The notes under the pieces were generated by a model. The model saw nothing but the letters and a program-made list of their open reading frames with translations. It was not told where the DNA came from and ran no database searches. A DNA stretch of 64,000 nt from Felis catus (Eukaryota). Made by a program: the position numbers and the translations under genes. Positions 23,757 through 36,600 of the stretch are shown in pieces. The stretch spans positions 31,002,001 through 31,066,000 of the forward strand of contig NC_058383.1 of assembly GCF_018350175.1 (NCBI RefSeq), given 5' to 3'. How positions within the stretch are numbered: position 1 is the first letter of the stretch; every line of letters begins with the position of its first letter.

Positions 23757-25752
23757 TCTAGCAGCTGTCAAGTGCTACACGTGCACACACTCGTGCACAA
23801 AGATACAATTCTGAGGTGTCAAAAAAAAATGGGAGGAAATTTACATTTCTTTCCCTACATACATAAAAGCTATTGGCAGAAAGTTTCAGACGCAAAATGG
23901 CATTTTAACGGCTGACAGCCAATTTAATCCGCTCGATTTTATCACTTTTCATCCAAACTGACCACCACCTTGCTTTAAAATATATGCCGCCGCAGCGATT
24001 CAAACCTCAAACCCCAGGAAGGCAGCAGTTACGTTACTGACACAGAAACCCGTACCTTGCTCTCCTCCTGAGCTACAGCAAAGGGATAGAGGAATTTTCC
24101 ATTAATTTTAAAAGCTTCTTCCACCGAAAGCAGAAAAGATCTTCCAAGAAAACAAAAGGGTAATGTTTTAGCATTTAAATTCAGTTCTCCTCCCCAAGGG
24201 AAAAGAATTTCTCCGTGTTGCAGAGCGGGAATTGGATCGTTCCCACCAAACACGTTTCATTTCGAGGAGGGGAAGGGAGTTTTAAAGACTCGTTTTCAAG
24301 AAGCGTGACTCTCAGGCACCTGGAAGTTAAAGAGCTGGTACACAGAAGGTGCAGTTTGTGGGAGAAAAAGTTTCTGTAAGGCTGGTCTCCCTCTTTTATC
24401 TTTAAAATGTAAAAAAAAAAAAAAATCAATTTTCTGAAGCCACCTGGACAATATGGAGGAGAAGAAAAATTCAGCAAAGCCCACTCTCAACCTCTTCTGC
24501 TCCAGGAACCCTGTTTGCCCCAGCAGGCCACGGAGCTGCCTGCGTGGCCCAGGGACCTAAGTGAACCGGGGCAGTCCGAAGGTTCCGTGGAGGGGAGAAG
24601 GAACTTTCGGGAAGCTCCTGTCACCACGTCAAAGTGGTGGACGGCCGGCGCCCGCGAAGCGCAGTCTGTGGCACCGGAACCAGAACGGGTGGCTCACGCC
24701 GAGGAAGACGGAGCCGGGCTCGCTCAGCTCCTCCTTCCCCCGCTGCAGGGGTGACCTTGACCTTCGTCAGTGTCAGCGGAAGCCGCAGAGAAAGCAGGGT
24801 GCCGGGGAGGGGGGGATCAGCCTGAAGCTGTGCGAGAGAGCTGTCTGGTGAACGGCAGAACAGACAAAGGGCCGGGCAACTGCGCAAGCGAGCGCCCTTG
24901 GTTTGGCAGGAAGAGGGGCTCAGGCACGTGGCCCAGAGCACGAGTGGCAAGCGCTCTAACACAGCAGGCTCGTGGAAAGCTCAACTAGCGGCTGGCGCAG
25001 GGGGACGAGCAGGGGTGGACCTCAGCGCCCCGTGGCGGGTGTGGGTGCCCTAGGGGGAACAGTGACCCCGACATCCCCCCCTCCCCCGCAGTGCTCTTCA
25101 TCCCCGTCTAGTCAATGCCCGGAGACGTGGACGATGAGCTGGTGGGAACGGACAGCCAGCTCCTCCCTGGGGCCCCACCTGTCTGGGCCTGGATCCAGAG
25201 ACCCAGAGAGACCCAGCGCGGGTCCGGGAGGGACGCGCAGTCCTCGGCCACGTGATGGCAAGCCAGAAGGGAGGCAGGGGCTGGCCTGGGGACACCGCCC
25301 ATGAAAAGGTCTGCATTTCCCCAGAGGGGAAGTGTGTCCTCATCCCCTACGGGGCAGGGAGTCAGGACCAGCTCTCAGGGAGCAGCGTAGTAGCTGTGGC
25401 AGGAGCCCAGAGCCTTCCAGATTCCCGCGCAGACTGCAGAGAAGGGACGACCGGGGTCTTTCCCGGTCTCAGCTTGAGCGGTGCATCCACAGAAACCAGG
25501 GATGGCCCCCTGTCCCTGAGTAAGCACGCTGGGGCCACTCTCAGCCCATCAGCAGAGACAGGCCCGGGACAGGACTACACCCACAGCTGCTCTGTGACGG
25601 CTGGGGCTCAGGCTGCTCATGCAGGAGGGACACAGTCTGTCCCCAGCAGGTAATGAGACGAGAGAGTCCTTCTCTCACCTATGGAGAAGAGGAAGAGCGT
25701 GAAGAGATGCCTATCCCCGTTCAACACTACGCCTCAGAAATGGTTCCTCCCA

Positions 25753-25962
25753 GGGGCATCCGGGTGGCTCAGTCGGTTGAGCGTCTGACTTCGGCTCAGG
25801 TCATGATCTCGCAGCTCGTGAGTTCAAGCCCCGCATCGGGCTCTGTGCCAACAGCGTGGAGCCTGGAGCCTGCTTCAGATTCTGTGTCTCCTTCTCTCTC
25901 TGCCCCTTCCCCACTCATCATGCTCTGTCTCTCAAAAAATGAATAAATGTTAAAAAAAAAAA
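25753..25962 (+). mobile_element. Can-SINE
   Basis: ggggcatccgggtggctcagtcggttgagcg head and A tail. TSD aaatggttcctccca / aaatgattcttccca. Confidence 0.93.
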
Positions 25963-28900
25963 AAATGATTCTTCCCAGGCCATCAACAGGGGCAGCCAAG
26001 GCAGCCAGAGGCTAGGTAACACGGCCAGGGCACACGCCTCAGGCCGTGTTGGAACCCTCACACTCTGGCCAACCTGGGGACAGACCACCTCCGTCATCAC
26101 TTGTAGTTCAGATTCAAGAATCAATTCTTTCCAGCAGAGATTGGAATGTAACTCCCAACTCTGCCACCAAGTACCCGTGGGACCTGAAATGGGAATAGTG
26201 TCACCACGCCTCAGTTTCCTCCCCCGTAAAATGCGGGGCCCAGTAACACCACCACAGGGAGTGATTTTAAGCATCAAATGACACAAAGGGCTCAGAAAAA
26301 TGCCCAACACAGTATAAACGCTGAACACATGTAAGCTAGCCAGCCTGACAAGGACCTTAACAATTATGAAGAAAGACACCCGCCCAAAACAACAGGAAGG
26401 CTGAAAACTCATGGATAAAACGGATTCTCTGTGCTTTTATTTTTTTTTATCCACTCAACTATGCCCCCAAAGTGGATTAAATAAAAATGTTCCACTCATT
26501 CTTTCTACAGAGCTATTGGATCAAAGCGAGTTATTAGCTGAGCTACATAATTCATTTGATTAATTTGCACTGTAATGAGCAAGGAGGAGGCAAGAAACCT
26601 CAAAGCCGCTCCCGTTCCCGTCTTGGGGCTATTTCCAGTTTTAGAAAGGTATTCCACTAGAGGACAGTCCTAAAATGTGTCAGGAAACGAATGCTAAGCT
26701 TAACCTCCAAAGACGGCCGTCCAATCCCAGGGGCACCTCCGTACACAAAGGCACCGTCTGAAGGGTGAGGTGGCAGGATCACAGCCTCCCCCCCTCCCCC
26801 CCCCACCGGCATGGGAGCGGAGTTCCGATGTCAGCAGTGCCACGTCCCAGCGGTGTGAATGGGGACGGTCTGCTCAACCTCTCTGAGCCTCGGTCTCCTG
26901 ACCGGCTATGCTGATTAAATGAGAGGGTGTGTGGGATGTCCCAGTGCAGTTGTTGACACACAGTAGGGGCCTATTAAGTGCCATCAACTGTATTCATTTG
27001 CACCTAACCATTCGTTCATTTACGGCTCCATTTCCAGGTGCGTGAGGCAATTTGGGGGAAGGTTTCTACCTATTCCACATGAGAAAGCGGTTGGCACGGA
27101 CGTCCGCAGCAATTCTTACACAAAAGCTAAGACAGTCGAACCTCGGGCTGTTGCAAATCTATCCCCAGAGCCATGGTGCTGCACCAGCCTCTCCGTGGTG
27201 GAGAATGGGCAGGGGAGAGAGGGTTTTACTTCCTTTTAGATAAAGCAAACAATGACATCAAGCTGTTAGAAGCCGGGCCCCGTCTAAAATGACAGGGCCC
27301 CCTCAGACAACGCTTAGCACAAAATGTTGACCAATCACACCCGAGCCAGAGGGCCGCAACCCCCTCCAGCTGATCGTCTTCAGGCGTCGTCCCCCAGGAC
27401 CCAACTGCAGAGTGATGTTAAGAAACCAAAGTCTCTCGGCACCACCGCCCGAACCTGGAAAACGACATCTTCCTGCACGGGTGGAGACGGCCGGCCGGGC
27501 TCTGCGAGGGGCTTGCTGTCACGGGCCGAGAGCGGCGAGCAGGAGGGACGTGTGACAGCCCACGGATGCCCGTGTGAGGGGCAGGAGGAGAGGAGAAGGC
27601 CGAGGGAAGCGAACATTTTCCAATCGTACCACATTTGGAAAAACAAATCTTAATCGGAGCCAGCGAAAAGGACGCTAGCAGGCGTGTCCAATGGATACAG
27701 CGCTGATAAAGGACGCTCGGCTTCTGCCTCCGTCATCCGCCAGCCAGTGTCCTCCTGACAACCGGTCAGACCCCCGTACACACTGCTCCCGCAGCCGGGA
27801 CCGTCCTTCCTTTGTCTCTCTGGTGAATGCCTGCTCCGCCTGCAGGCCCCAGCTTAGAAATGGAAGAGTGCTGGCGTTATCTTCCCCGGGCTAGGCCAAA
27901 CCATGTCCCCTCCACCACCAGACCTCGCAGCTAACCCTCTCTTCTCTGTGGTACTCGTTTTGGTTCTGTGACCCCTTGCTGCTGGAAATCACTGTCTGAC
28001 TCCGCCACTAGGCTGTGAGCCCCTAAGGCAAGGACGAGGGTCATTCATCCATGTATCGACTCGGCTGGCAACTCAAGACGTTGTTTGTTCTTACATATAC
28101 TCATTCAAATGTTCACTGAGCACCGACGTGGACGCTGGCATCCACCTCTCTGGCACCCATTTCCCGTCTAGCAATGGTCTCAGTTTTCATGTGGGGCCCC
28201 CTCTCCCCAGCCTTCTGCCTGCGTGTGTGAACAGGGCCCTCCCTTAGCCTAGCACATGAGCGAGATCCTGCGGCCGGCCAGAAAGGGAGTGTGGGGTCTA
28301 AGCCGGCTCTATCCGAGTCAGCTGAAGCCTCTTGCTGGGAATGGAAACTCTTGCTTTTTCCTCTGCATGGGAACCTCAAACAAGAACGTTTGTCCAGGGG
28401 TTATCACAGCCATGTATGACCAGGCCGAGGAGAGGGGGACATCCACAGAAGATGATGCCAACTCAGAAATGGTAGAGGCGGGGGCCAGACAGAGGGCAAC
28501 AGGCACCTGGTAACACAGCTCGCATCTCACAATTCAGCCACACCTAAAGCCGGTGTCTCCCTGGGATCAAGGAATACTCTTCCTGGGGACAGTCAGGGTA
28601 GGCGGTGCTCTGACACAGTAACAAGCAAAGCCTGGCAGATCCGGTCTGCTCCTGCTCTCACCCAGCCTGTAGGGGGCCCAGCGGCGTGGCCGTGCCGCAC
28701 CGCGCCCCCCAAGCAGCGACTCGGGAACCCAGGCTAGTGTTGTCTGTAGCCACGCCACACAGAACACACAGCTTCCAGGGTCACCACAGGAGAAATGCGA
28801 AGAAAATCCACTCCAGCCTTCAGCTTTGGACGACACTCCCCACTTCTACTGACAGCCCAACGGCCAGCAGCCGTCACAGGGTCCTGACCAAACCATAAGG

Positions 28901-30955
28901 GAGACAGGGAAGGCCCCAGTCGTCTTCGTCGTGGAGGACAGCAATGACACAGGCCAGGCCTGATAAACACACAGCAGAGTCCCCGCCACCTGCAACCAAA
29001 AGCCTCCTCCGTGAGGTAAGCACCAGCACCGGCCAGGTGGCAGGGGTCACGGCAGGTGCCAGGACTAGAACTGTGAACAAGGCAACGGAAGAGGATGGGG
29101 GGGAGGGGAAACAAAGACACAGGCAGGCCAGCACACAACACGACACTCGCACGACAAGGACAGCAGACAGGGCTGCGACGAGACACCCGGGGAACCGAAC
29201 CTGGCCTTGGGCAGGGCAGCCGGGTGACAGGGAAAGCTCCTGGGAGAAGATCTGAAGGATGCAAGGCAGCAGCCGGGGCAAATGGGGAGGAAGCACGGAG
29301 AAAGAACAGGGATTCGGGTGAAGAGCAGCCTGTGGGCAGGTCTGGAGAGGAGAACACACACATCTGGGAACTAAAATAAGCTGAGGGAGGGGAGACCTGC
29401 GTCTCAAAGAGAAGGCACGAGCTGTAACACACAGGGTCTTACGGTGTGAACATGTTAAAAACACGTTTCGTCTAAATCCGTCTAAACGCAAAGGTGAGCC
29501 ATTTTGAGTTTTACGCAAGGAAACAGCCTGGACCAACCCGGCCTAGAGCCGTTTTTCATCATTCCATCCTCGAGCATTAAAGCCAACCCCTCCCTCCTCC
29601 ACGTCTCAGCCTTTGGCCCCCACCCCCACCTGCTATAGCTCCACTCTGCCAGGGATATCTCCTAGATGCTACTGGTGGGCTGGCTGACGGCCTGGGGTGG
29701 GACACTTCTGTCCCTTCACCTGGCCTATTCTCAACACTGAGCCCAACCCCAACAGGACAATGCCTCCTGTGCCCACTTCTGTAGAGACGATTCCTTCTGA
29801 GGACCCAGAAGTAGCTCCAAGAAGCCACTTCCCGCTTCAAGGAGGAAAGCAAATATAAAACAGGCCCAAAAGAGCGTGGGTCTGAAAAGCTCAAAACCAG
29901 CCACCCCAATTACAACTTTTTTTTTTTATCTATTTCCCAAAAAGGAGGAGTGGATCATTTTCCCTGGCGTCTAAGAAAGTTTCATCCGTTCACTGTCAAG
30001 GACGCCAGACTCCCAGATCAGAGACAAAACCAGAAATGAGACTTCAACAGAACGGGAAGGCAGCCAAGAGGAGACAGTGAGACAACCGCAGGGCCTGTCA
30101 CCATCACCAGAGGGCAGTGACTCCACCAGGACATGGGAAACGAGAGGCCCGAAGGTCTCAGAGAAATCAGACGATGGGCAAGGCCAGACACTAACAAGAC
30201 TGGGGCGTGCGTGTGCCGCACAGGGACACAGATGTCACCTGCAGCTGGTGACGCCCTGCCTAGGGCAACGTGCCTCCGAAAGACCAGGGAGCCAGAGCGA
30301 AGAAAGACGGCCCGCCCGGTGAAAAGGGGCGCTGAGAAGAGTGGAGCTCCTCCTCTGTCGCACTGGGTGGGGAGCGTGTGCACACAGGAGCAGATTGCGG
30401 GCATCTGCTGAGCACGACCGACACCAGGAGCCGCCCGCCGTGTGAGCAAGCACTCAGGTTTGTTTGCGGGTATGGAGCGTGTCAGTGAGAATTTGTCTCT
30501 ATGACCCCTCCTCATCCCTGCCGTAACTCCCGGGTCTGACAAGCTGATGGCCGGCTCACCGGTCAGTGCCTTCACGGCCCAGGCTCTGAAAAAGCCAAGT
30601 TAGAGCCAGCCAGGAAGGCCCGGCTCCTCCTAGCTGGGCATCAGGAGGCCCTAAGAGCGAAAGCGCTGGTGTGGGAGTCAGACGGCCAGGGTCGCGTGCT
30701 GGCTCTTCGCACGCAAGCCCTGTGACCTCGGACGGGGCTCTCCGCTCCAAGCCTCAGTTTCCTCATCTGTGAGGATGTACCAAACATTAAACAATCCAAG
30801 GTGCCACCATCAGCACATGCCTAGGAAGAGAGTAAGCCCTCAATTTATGCTAACTGCTGTCACCATCATTACCATAGGTTATTGGCTGCTTTTCTTTACA
30901 TAAATGTCACCAGAAGCCAAACAGATCACAGAGTGTTCTTACCAGCTTTATGCTT

Positions 30956-31100
30956 CAGCTTACTTCCCATTAATAGTAACCTGCCATCATAATGAGAATA
31001 AATGCTGCTAATATGCCATTTATTTCACCCATGAGCACAATTCAGGGAATGACTACATTCATACGATAAACGATAAGCATCCTGTAATTTGAAAAATCAA
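30956..31100 (+). repeat. Copy 1 of a ~145-bp dispersed direct repeat
   Basis: cagcttacttcccattaatagtaacctgccatcataatgagaataaatg...gtaatttgaaaaatcaa is repeated at 32771-32917. Confidence 0.92.
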
Positions 31101-31104
31101 AGTA

Positions 31105-31625
31105 CATAATAAGCCCTCAAAAACACTGGTGGGAGAAATTCTCCAGTTTCTTCAATAAATTACAAGTAAAACAAGGGGGCCAGGGAAGATACAGGTGGGA
31201 AACCTGTAGTTTGAGAGACCTTAGGGGTCTATGAACCAATCACAGTATGTGGATGGATCCCATTTGGACATGAGTCAAACATGTGTCTGGACTGGAAATC
31301 CGAACACTCACCAGAGACTTGATGGCATTAAGGAACTACTGCTGACTAGTAGGTAGGATAGTGATATGCGTGGGCTGTTTTTCTTTTTTAAAAAGGGGGA
31401 AACCCTATGTCTTATAAGAGATTAAAATACTTTGGGATGAAATCAAGGCCATGCTTTGGATTTGCTTCCAACACAAGGAGAAGATGGGGAAGTGGAAAGA
31501 TACACGGACGAAGCAAGACTGGCCGCGCGAGTTCACGAGGGTGGAGGTTCACGGACCGCACGTGGAAGCTCATGTGTTGTCCTGTCTACTCTTAAATACA
31601 TGTGAAGAATCCACAGCAAAAACAC
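31105..31625 (+). mobile_element. Old L1M (L1MC/ME-like) 3' fragment; a second similar fragment lies at ~32030-32270
   Basis: ttgatggcattaaggaact...tggatttgcttccaa...caagactggcc...ctgtctactctt pattern of L1M 3' UTRs. Confidence 0.6.
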
Positions 31626-32770
31626 CCTTTTAACGACTACCGGCAGAGCCGCCTGTGGGAGACAGCCTGTCTCTTCTGAGGTCATCATCAGGGAATGAGC
31701 TCATTCATCAACACACGGGAGGCCGGGAGGCCCAGGGCGCTGGTGGAAACTTTGTAAGCCCCGGTCACTCCTCTCCCAACTCCTCAGTTCCCAGCACTCC
31801 CAGCGCAGGGCCAGTGTGGCTGTGCTGGAGACACAGCCATGGTCAGTACCAGCTGGAATCAATGTCTGACGGAAGCAAGGGCCACACAGGAAGACAAGAC
31901 CCGAGCTGGGCGGTCCTCAACGAACTAGAGGCTAAGCTACCTCTCCCAGGCTCCTTCTGCCCCGAGGAGGGGGATCCGGAAGCAAGGGGCCCTCTGAAAG
32001 GTGCTCCGTTCACAGGACTGTGTGTGTGTGTGCGTTTTAAAACCTCTTACCTTTTACAAATACATTCTGGAATAAGTGGGAATGAAGTTACATGAAATCT
32101 TGAGTTTGCTTCACAATACCGTGAAAGACTGCGCAGGAGACTGGGACAAAGAAGACGCGAGAGTGGTGAAGAGGTGGGTCACTATTGAAGCCAGGAGATG
32201 GGGACACACAGGCTCATGAGACTATTCTGGGTTTTGTACATGTTGCCACGTCTCCAAAATAAAAAGATTTAGAGAAGTCCTTAGAGGTTTAGTCTTGTCT
32301 GTCATTCACATTTTAGTGAGAATTACACCTACCCCTCCAGAAAAGAGAACTCCTTGCCAGGTTTCACTCATAGGTGACAACACTTCAACGGTCTTACTTT
32401 CTGAAAAAACATTTCCACGCCCCACCACGAGGGGAGAGCCTGGTCTTAATCACTCAGCACCTTGCGACTAAAATAACAAAAACAAACTCACACCCTATTT
32501 TTCATTAGGAGCAGAGGTCTCTTGTAGATCTCAACTCAGGGTTCTTCACCCTGAGTCCTTACATGGAATCCGGTACTCTACTGCAAACTTCATCATCCTT
32601 CTTTCGTATGAAAAGGACTCTCAGATCCATCAAGATGGCCTGATGCCACTGGGGCCAATTTATGAATCAAGTGCTGGCGGTCTGACCGTTCCCAAGGTCC
32701 AGGTCGCCTCAGGGAACTTTTCCATTATCTCCGGCATGTGGTTATGAATGTGGTTTTTTTTAGCCAGCTG

Positions 32771-32917
32771 CAGCTTACTTTTCCATTAATAGTAACCTGC
32801 CATTATAATGAGAATAAATGTTGCTAATATACCATTTATTTCACCCATGAGCAAAAATTCAGGGACCAACTACACTCACACAGTAAATGATAAGTATCCT
32901 ATAATTTGAGAAATCAA
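32771..32917 (+). repeat. Copy 2 of a ~145-bp dispersed direct repeat
   Basis: cagcttacttttccattaatagtaacctgccattataatgagaataaatg...ataatttgagaaatcaa. Confidence 0.92.
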
Positions 32918-33056
32918 TCAAAAGCTAGCTGAGTCCTGACACACGGGAGGAAGTAAAAACCTGTTTGCAGAGAGGAGGGGCTGGCAGTTCTGAAGCAGGT
33001 GAACCGGCGATTTAACAGCAGGGGTGCAGGGCCATACCTCAGAAGTTGGGTACGGA

Positions 33057-33280
33057 GGGGAGTGGGGGTGGCTCAGTTGGTTAAGTGTCTGACGCTGGCT
33101 CAGGTCATGATCTCACGGTCCGTGGGCTCAAGCTCCACGTCGGGCTCTGTGCTGACAGCTCGGAGCCTGGAGCCTGCTTCCGATTCTGTGTCTCCCTCTC
33201 TCTCTGCCCCTCCCCCATTCACGCTCTGTCTCTGTCTCTCAAAAAAATGAATAAACGTTAAAAAAAATTAAAAAAAAAAA
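33057..33280 (+). mobile_element. Can-SINE
   Basis: gggtggctcagttggttaagtgtctgac...aaatgaataaacgttaaaa. TSD-like aagttgggtacgga / aacttgggtacaga. Confidence 0.92.
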
Positions 33281-33380
33281 AAACTTGGGTACAGAGAAGG
33301 GAGGTATAAAAGGAGGCCTGGCAAGCAGAGACTGTAAGGGGAAATGAACGGAAATGTCATCTACTGCTAATACACACATA

Positions 33381-33654
33381 CAGGTGACCTTGAACGACGT
33401 GGACATTACAGGCGTGACCTTCGCACAGTCAAAAATCTGCATGTAACTTCCGACTCCCCCAAAACTTAACTGCTAATGGCTGACTCTCGACCAGAAGCCT
33501 CACCGATAACATACCCAATTAACACGTACGGTGTATATCTTGTATTCTTAAAATAAAGAATGTTAAGAGAAAACTCCATTTACAGTACTATACCATATTT
33601 ACTGGATAAAATCCCCATGTGAGTGGACCCACGCGGCTGCTCAAGGGTCAACTG
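33381..33654 (-). mobile_element. Tigger2a-like TcMar DNA transposon (non-autonomous)
   Basis: Terminal inverted repeats caggtgaccttgaac / ctcaagggtcaactg, a TA-type flank on the left, and internal cagtcaaaaatctgcatgtaactt..gactcccccaaaacttaact. Confidence 0.85.
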
Positions 33655-36600
33655 CATATATATAGCTTCTTATGAGCTGGGGTACTTTGAAGGTAAGTAA
33701 CAGAAACAGACTCGAAACTACCGAGAAATCATCACTGTGAACAGAAAAGTGGGAGAAAACGGGCTCCGATAAAGGACTGGACCCAGAATAGTGCTGTCAA
33801 GTTCAACGGGAATGCGGAGAGCACGCAGGCAGCTGCTTCTGAATGAACGGGCCTCCCACGCCCCGTTGCTGTTCACGCAAGAGTTAAAGCCCCTCTGCCT
33901 TGGCTCAGGCACCCTCCCGCCCCCGTGCCAAGGAAGGGCAGAGGACTTGGCTATTCTCCCCTCCGTGAAAGCAAGCTGTGGCGAGGTCAACCCTCAAAAC
34001 GAAACAAAACAAAACAAAAACCAGACGGGAGACGAGAAGGCCCGAAGATGCCTCCTCAAATTAGCCCTACCCGTTTGCATCACTGGCTGCATTTTACTGA
34101 CAGAGAAATGAGGACTTAGAGAGGACAGGAGCGCCCCGGAACACACGGCAGGGAGTGACAACCTGTGCTCCGTCTCTTTGATGGGGGACAGGTGTGGTCT
34201 GCCGGCCACAAAGCTGGAGAAGGTGGGGCTGAAGAAATGCAGGAACAGAGTCAGATGCCACAGAATTTTACACTCTTCTTGACACACCTGGCGGAAAAGA
34301 ACCGGGAAACCTCAACAAAGGACTCTAAACTGAAGGAACTGTCCTTAAAGGAGGTAAAGCAGACTTTTAGAACACATCTTCCTTGGACGCATCCATTGTC
34401 TTCTACCCTCAAGACCCTTGGTGAGCACAAATCAACTGCTCCTCATGGCTAGATCCTCGAGATAGATACGAAGTTTACAAAAGCAACTTCAAGCGTCCTT
34501 ACTAACAGTAATGGAAGAAAAAGGGAGGCACATTCTAGAAGCTCCCATAAGGTGCCTGAGCTCTTCCTCATCCTTGTGCCCCAGGACCAAGCCTGGGGGC
34601 AATGAGGAGCCAGTGGTACCCACCAGTGAGACATCAGAGACGCCACCAGAAAAGAAGGAAAACGCAATCCAGGGAAGTAAATGCCATTTGAGAGGCGTCT
34701 CTGCCTCAACTCACATCTTCTATGACCACCTCCTGGAACCATCAGCCCTACGGCTCCCGGGGATGGGAAGGCCACGAGAGGAGGAGGAAGGAAGGAAGAA
34801 GGGGCTGGACACTTAGAAGGTCCTCAATAAACACGTGCTATAGGAGTTGGAACGGTCTGTCTGTCCCTCAGTGTCCTCTCCAGGCTCAAATTCCTCCTGA
34901 AATTGAGGGCCAGAAACAAGTCTGCCTCCCCTGAAGAACCCCTGTTTCCTCTCATCACACATCCCTCCTGAGCTATAGCAGTGCTCCGTACGACGCCCTC
35001 GCAACCCAGGGCTTCATTAAGTCACATCTACCACTTTCTACAAACCTCGCAGTGAACAGCTGATTCCGCTCGAGAGACTGTCATTCGGCTCACTATTTAG
35101 GGAGCTCCTACTGTATGCTGGAACCACGTCGGGCAATTAACATGCAGTTAAAAAGATAACATCTACGGTTCCCTCGAGGAGCTCCCAGCCTGGGGCTCTA
35201 TTCCACTCGCTACAGAAGCAGGTAATTGCCCCACCGAGGAGATCACACCCTTCTGCCGCAACTAAGGAAGGGTAAGCGGTGTGCCCTCCCCGCAGCACCG
35301 CCGTGAACGGCTGGCGCCGTATCATCCCTGTTTTCTACCGCTCGTTTTCCTCCCTCCACGCATTCTCTCCAACACGACCAGGGACCATCCCTTCCGTTCG
35401 GTCAGGCCCAGCCTCTGTTTCTCCCGTGAGAGCGGCCTTCCAGAGCATGGCAGACAGATTACAGGTTTGCGCTCTCGTGCTGGGCGGCCTGGGTGATTCG
35501 AATCCAACTCTGCTGCCTAGCAAACCGAAAAATCTTGGGCACGTTCCTGAACTTCTCAAAGGTGAACAGCTGTGAACAGCTTGCTCCTTGACGAAGTCTG
35601 CTGAGGATCACGTGAGTTCATCCACGTAAAGGCTTTCTTAGCGCGTGGCCCGGAAAGAAGCGTGCACCCAACAGCGAGCTGGGAGTATCACAGAGGCTGC
35701 TAAATAATCGGTGTTTTCATATTCGTGTTCTCCCCCCTCGCCAGGTGAGCCTACACCTGCCAGCATTCTCCCTTCCCTCTTGCTTTCAAAAGTTAACCAT
35801 CACAGGGTGTCAAGAACCATCTCTCGATCGCCAGTCTTTGGTCCCTGATGCTCTCCAGCCATTAAAAGGCGACTCACGGTGTAGACTTTGGGTCCTGAGC
35901 TGCCAGGGGTGTGGGAGCCAGGTCACTGCGCACCGATGTGTATGCAGTGTGCACAGGAGGACGAGGCGGCGTCAACGCTGAGAGGCATCTAGGAAAAGAA
36001 GGTTCAGGAACTCCCTTCTCACCGGAACGAATCACGACAAAGTAATTCAGTTGTTGGGGTTCTTCAAACTGTCCTATTATTTAAAATGGAAGGTCGCTTC
36101 TCCCTCTGCTCCTGAAATTAAGGAAGTGCATCAACTCCTCCCCCACATGCTTTCATTACTTCACACAGACACGTGTTTAGAACCCCTTGGTAACAACCAA
36201 CCATAATGAAATGACAGACAAGCATCACAAAGAACGTTGTAAAGCACTCAATTACTGGTAACCTAAAGCGTTCGGCAAAAGTCTTGGGATAAAGAGATGC
36301 CACGGACAAAAGATCACTGACAGACGGACCTCCCTGTGCCATCACAAACATAACGAAAAATCAGTCTGGGGGACCGAATGCCTTTGGAGGACCATCTCTG
36401 CTCCAAGCCCGTCCCTCCCCGCTCCTCCCCGCTCCTCCTCCATGGCCACCAACTCTATTACTGGTCCCGGAGTAAGGAGGTTGCAGATGACAAGACAGTA
36501 AGTTAAGGCTGACGAGACCAATTCTTAGCCCCCGACCACCACCCCCTCCGACGCGGCAGCTAACAAGAACGACGACGCAAGCGCACCCCACCGCCACCTT

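Noticed and set aside
30956..32917. LTR retroelement bounded by the 145-bp direct repeats
   Set aside because: No TG...CA termini, primer-binding site or polypurine tract, and the interior is L1M-like and unique sequence.
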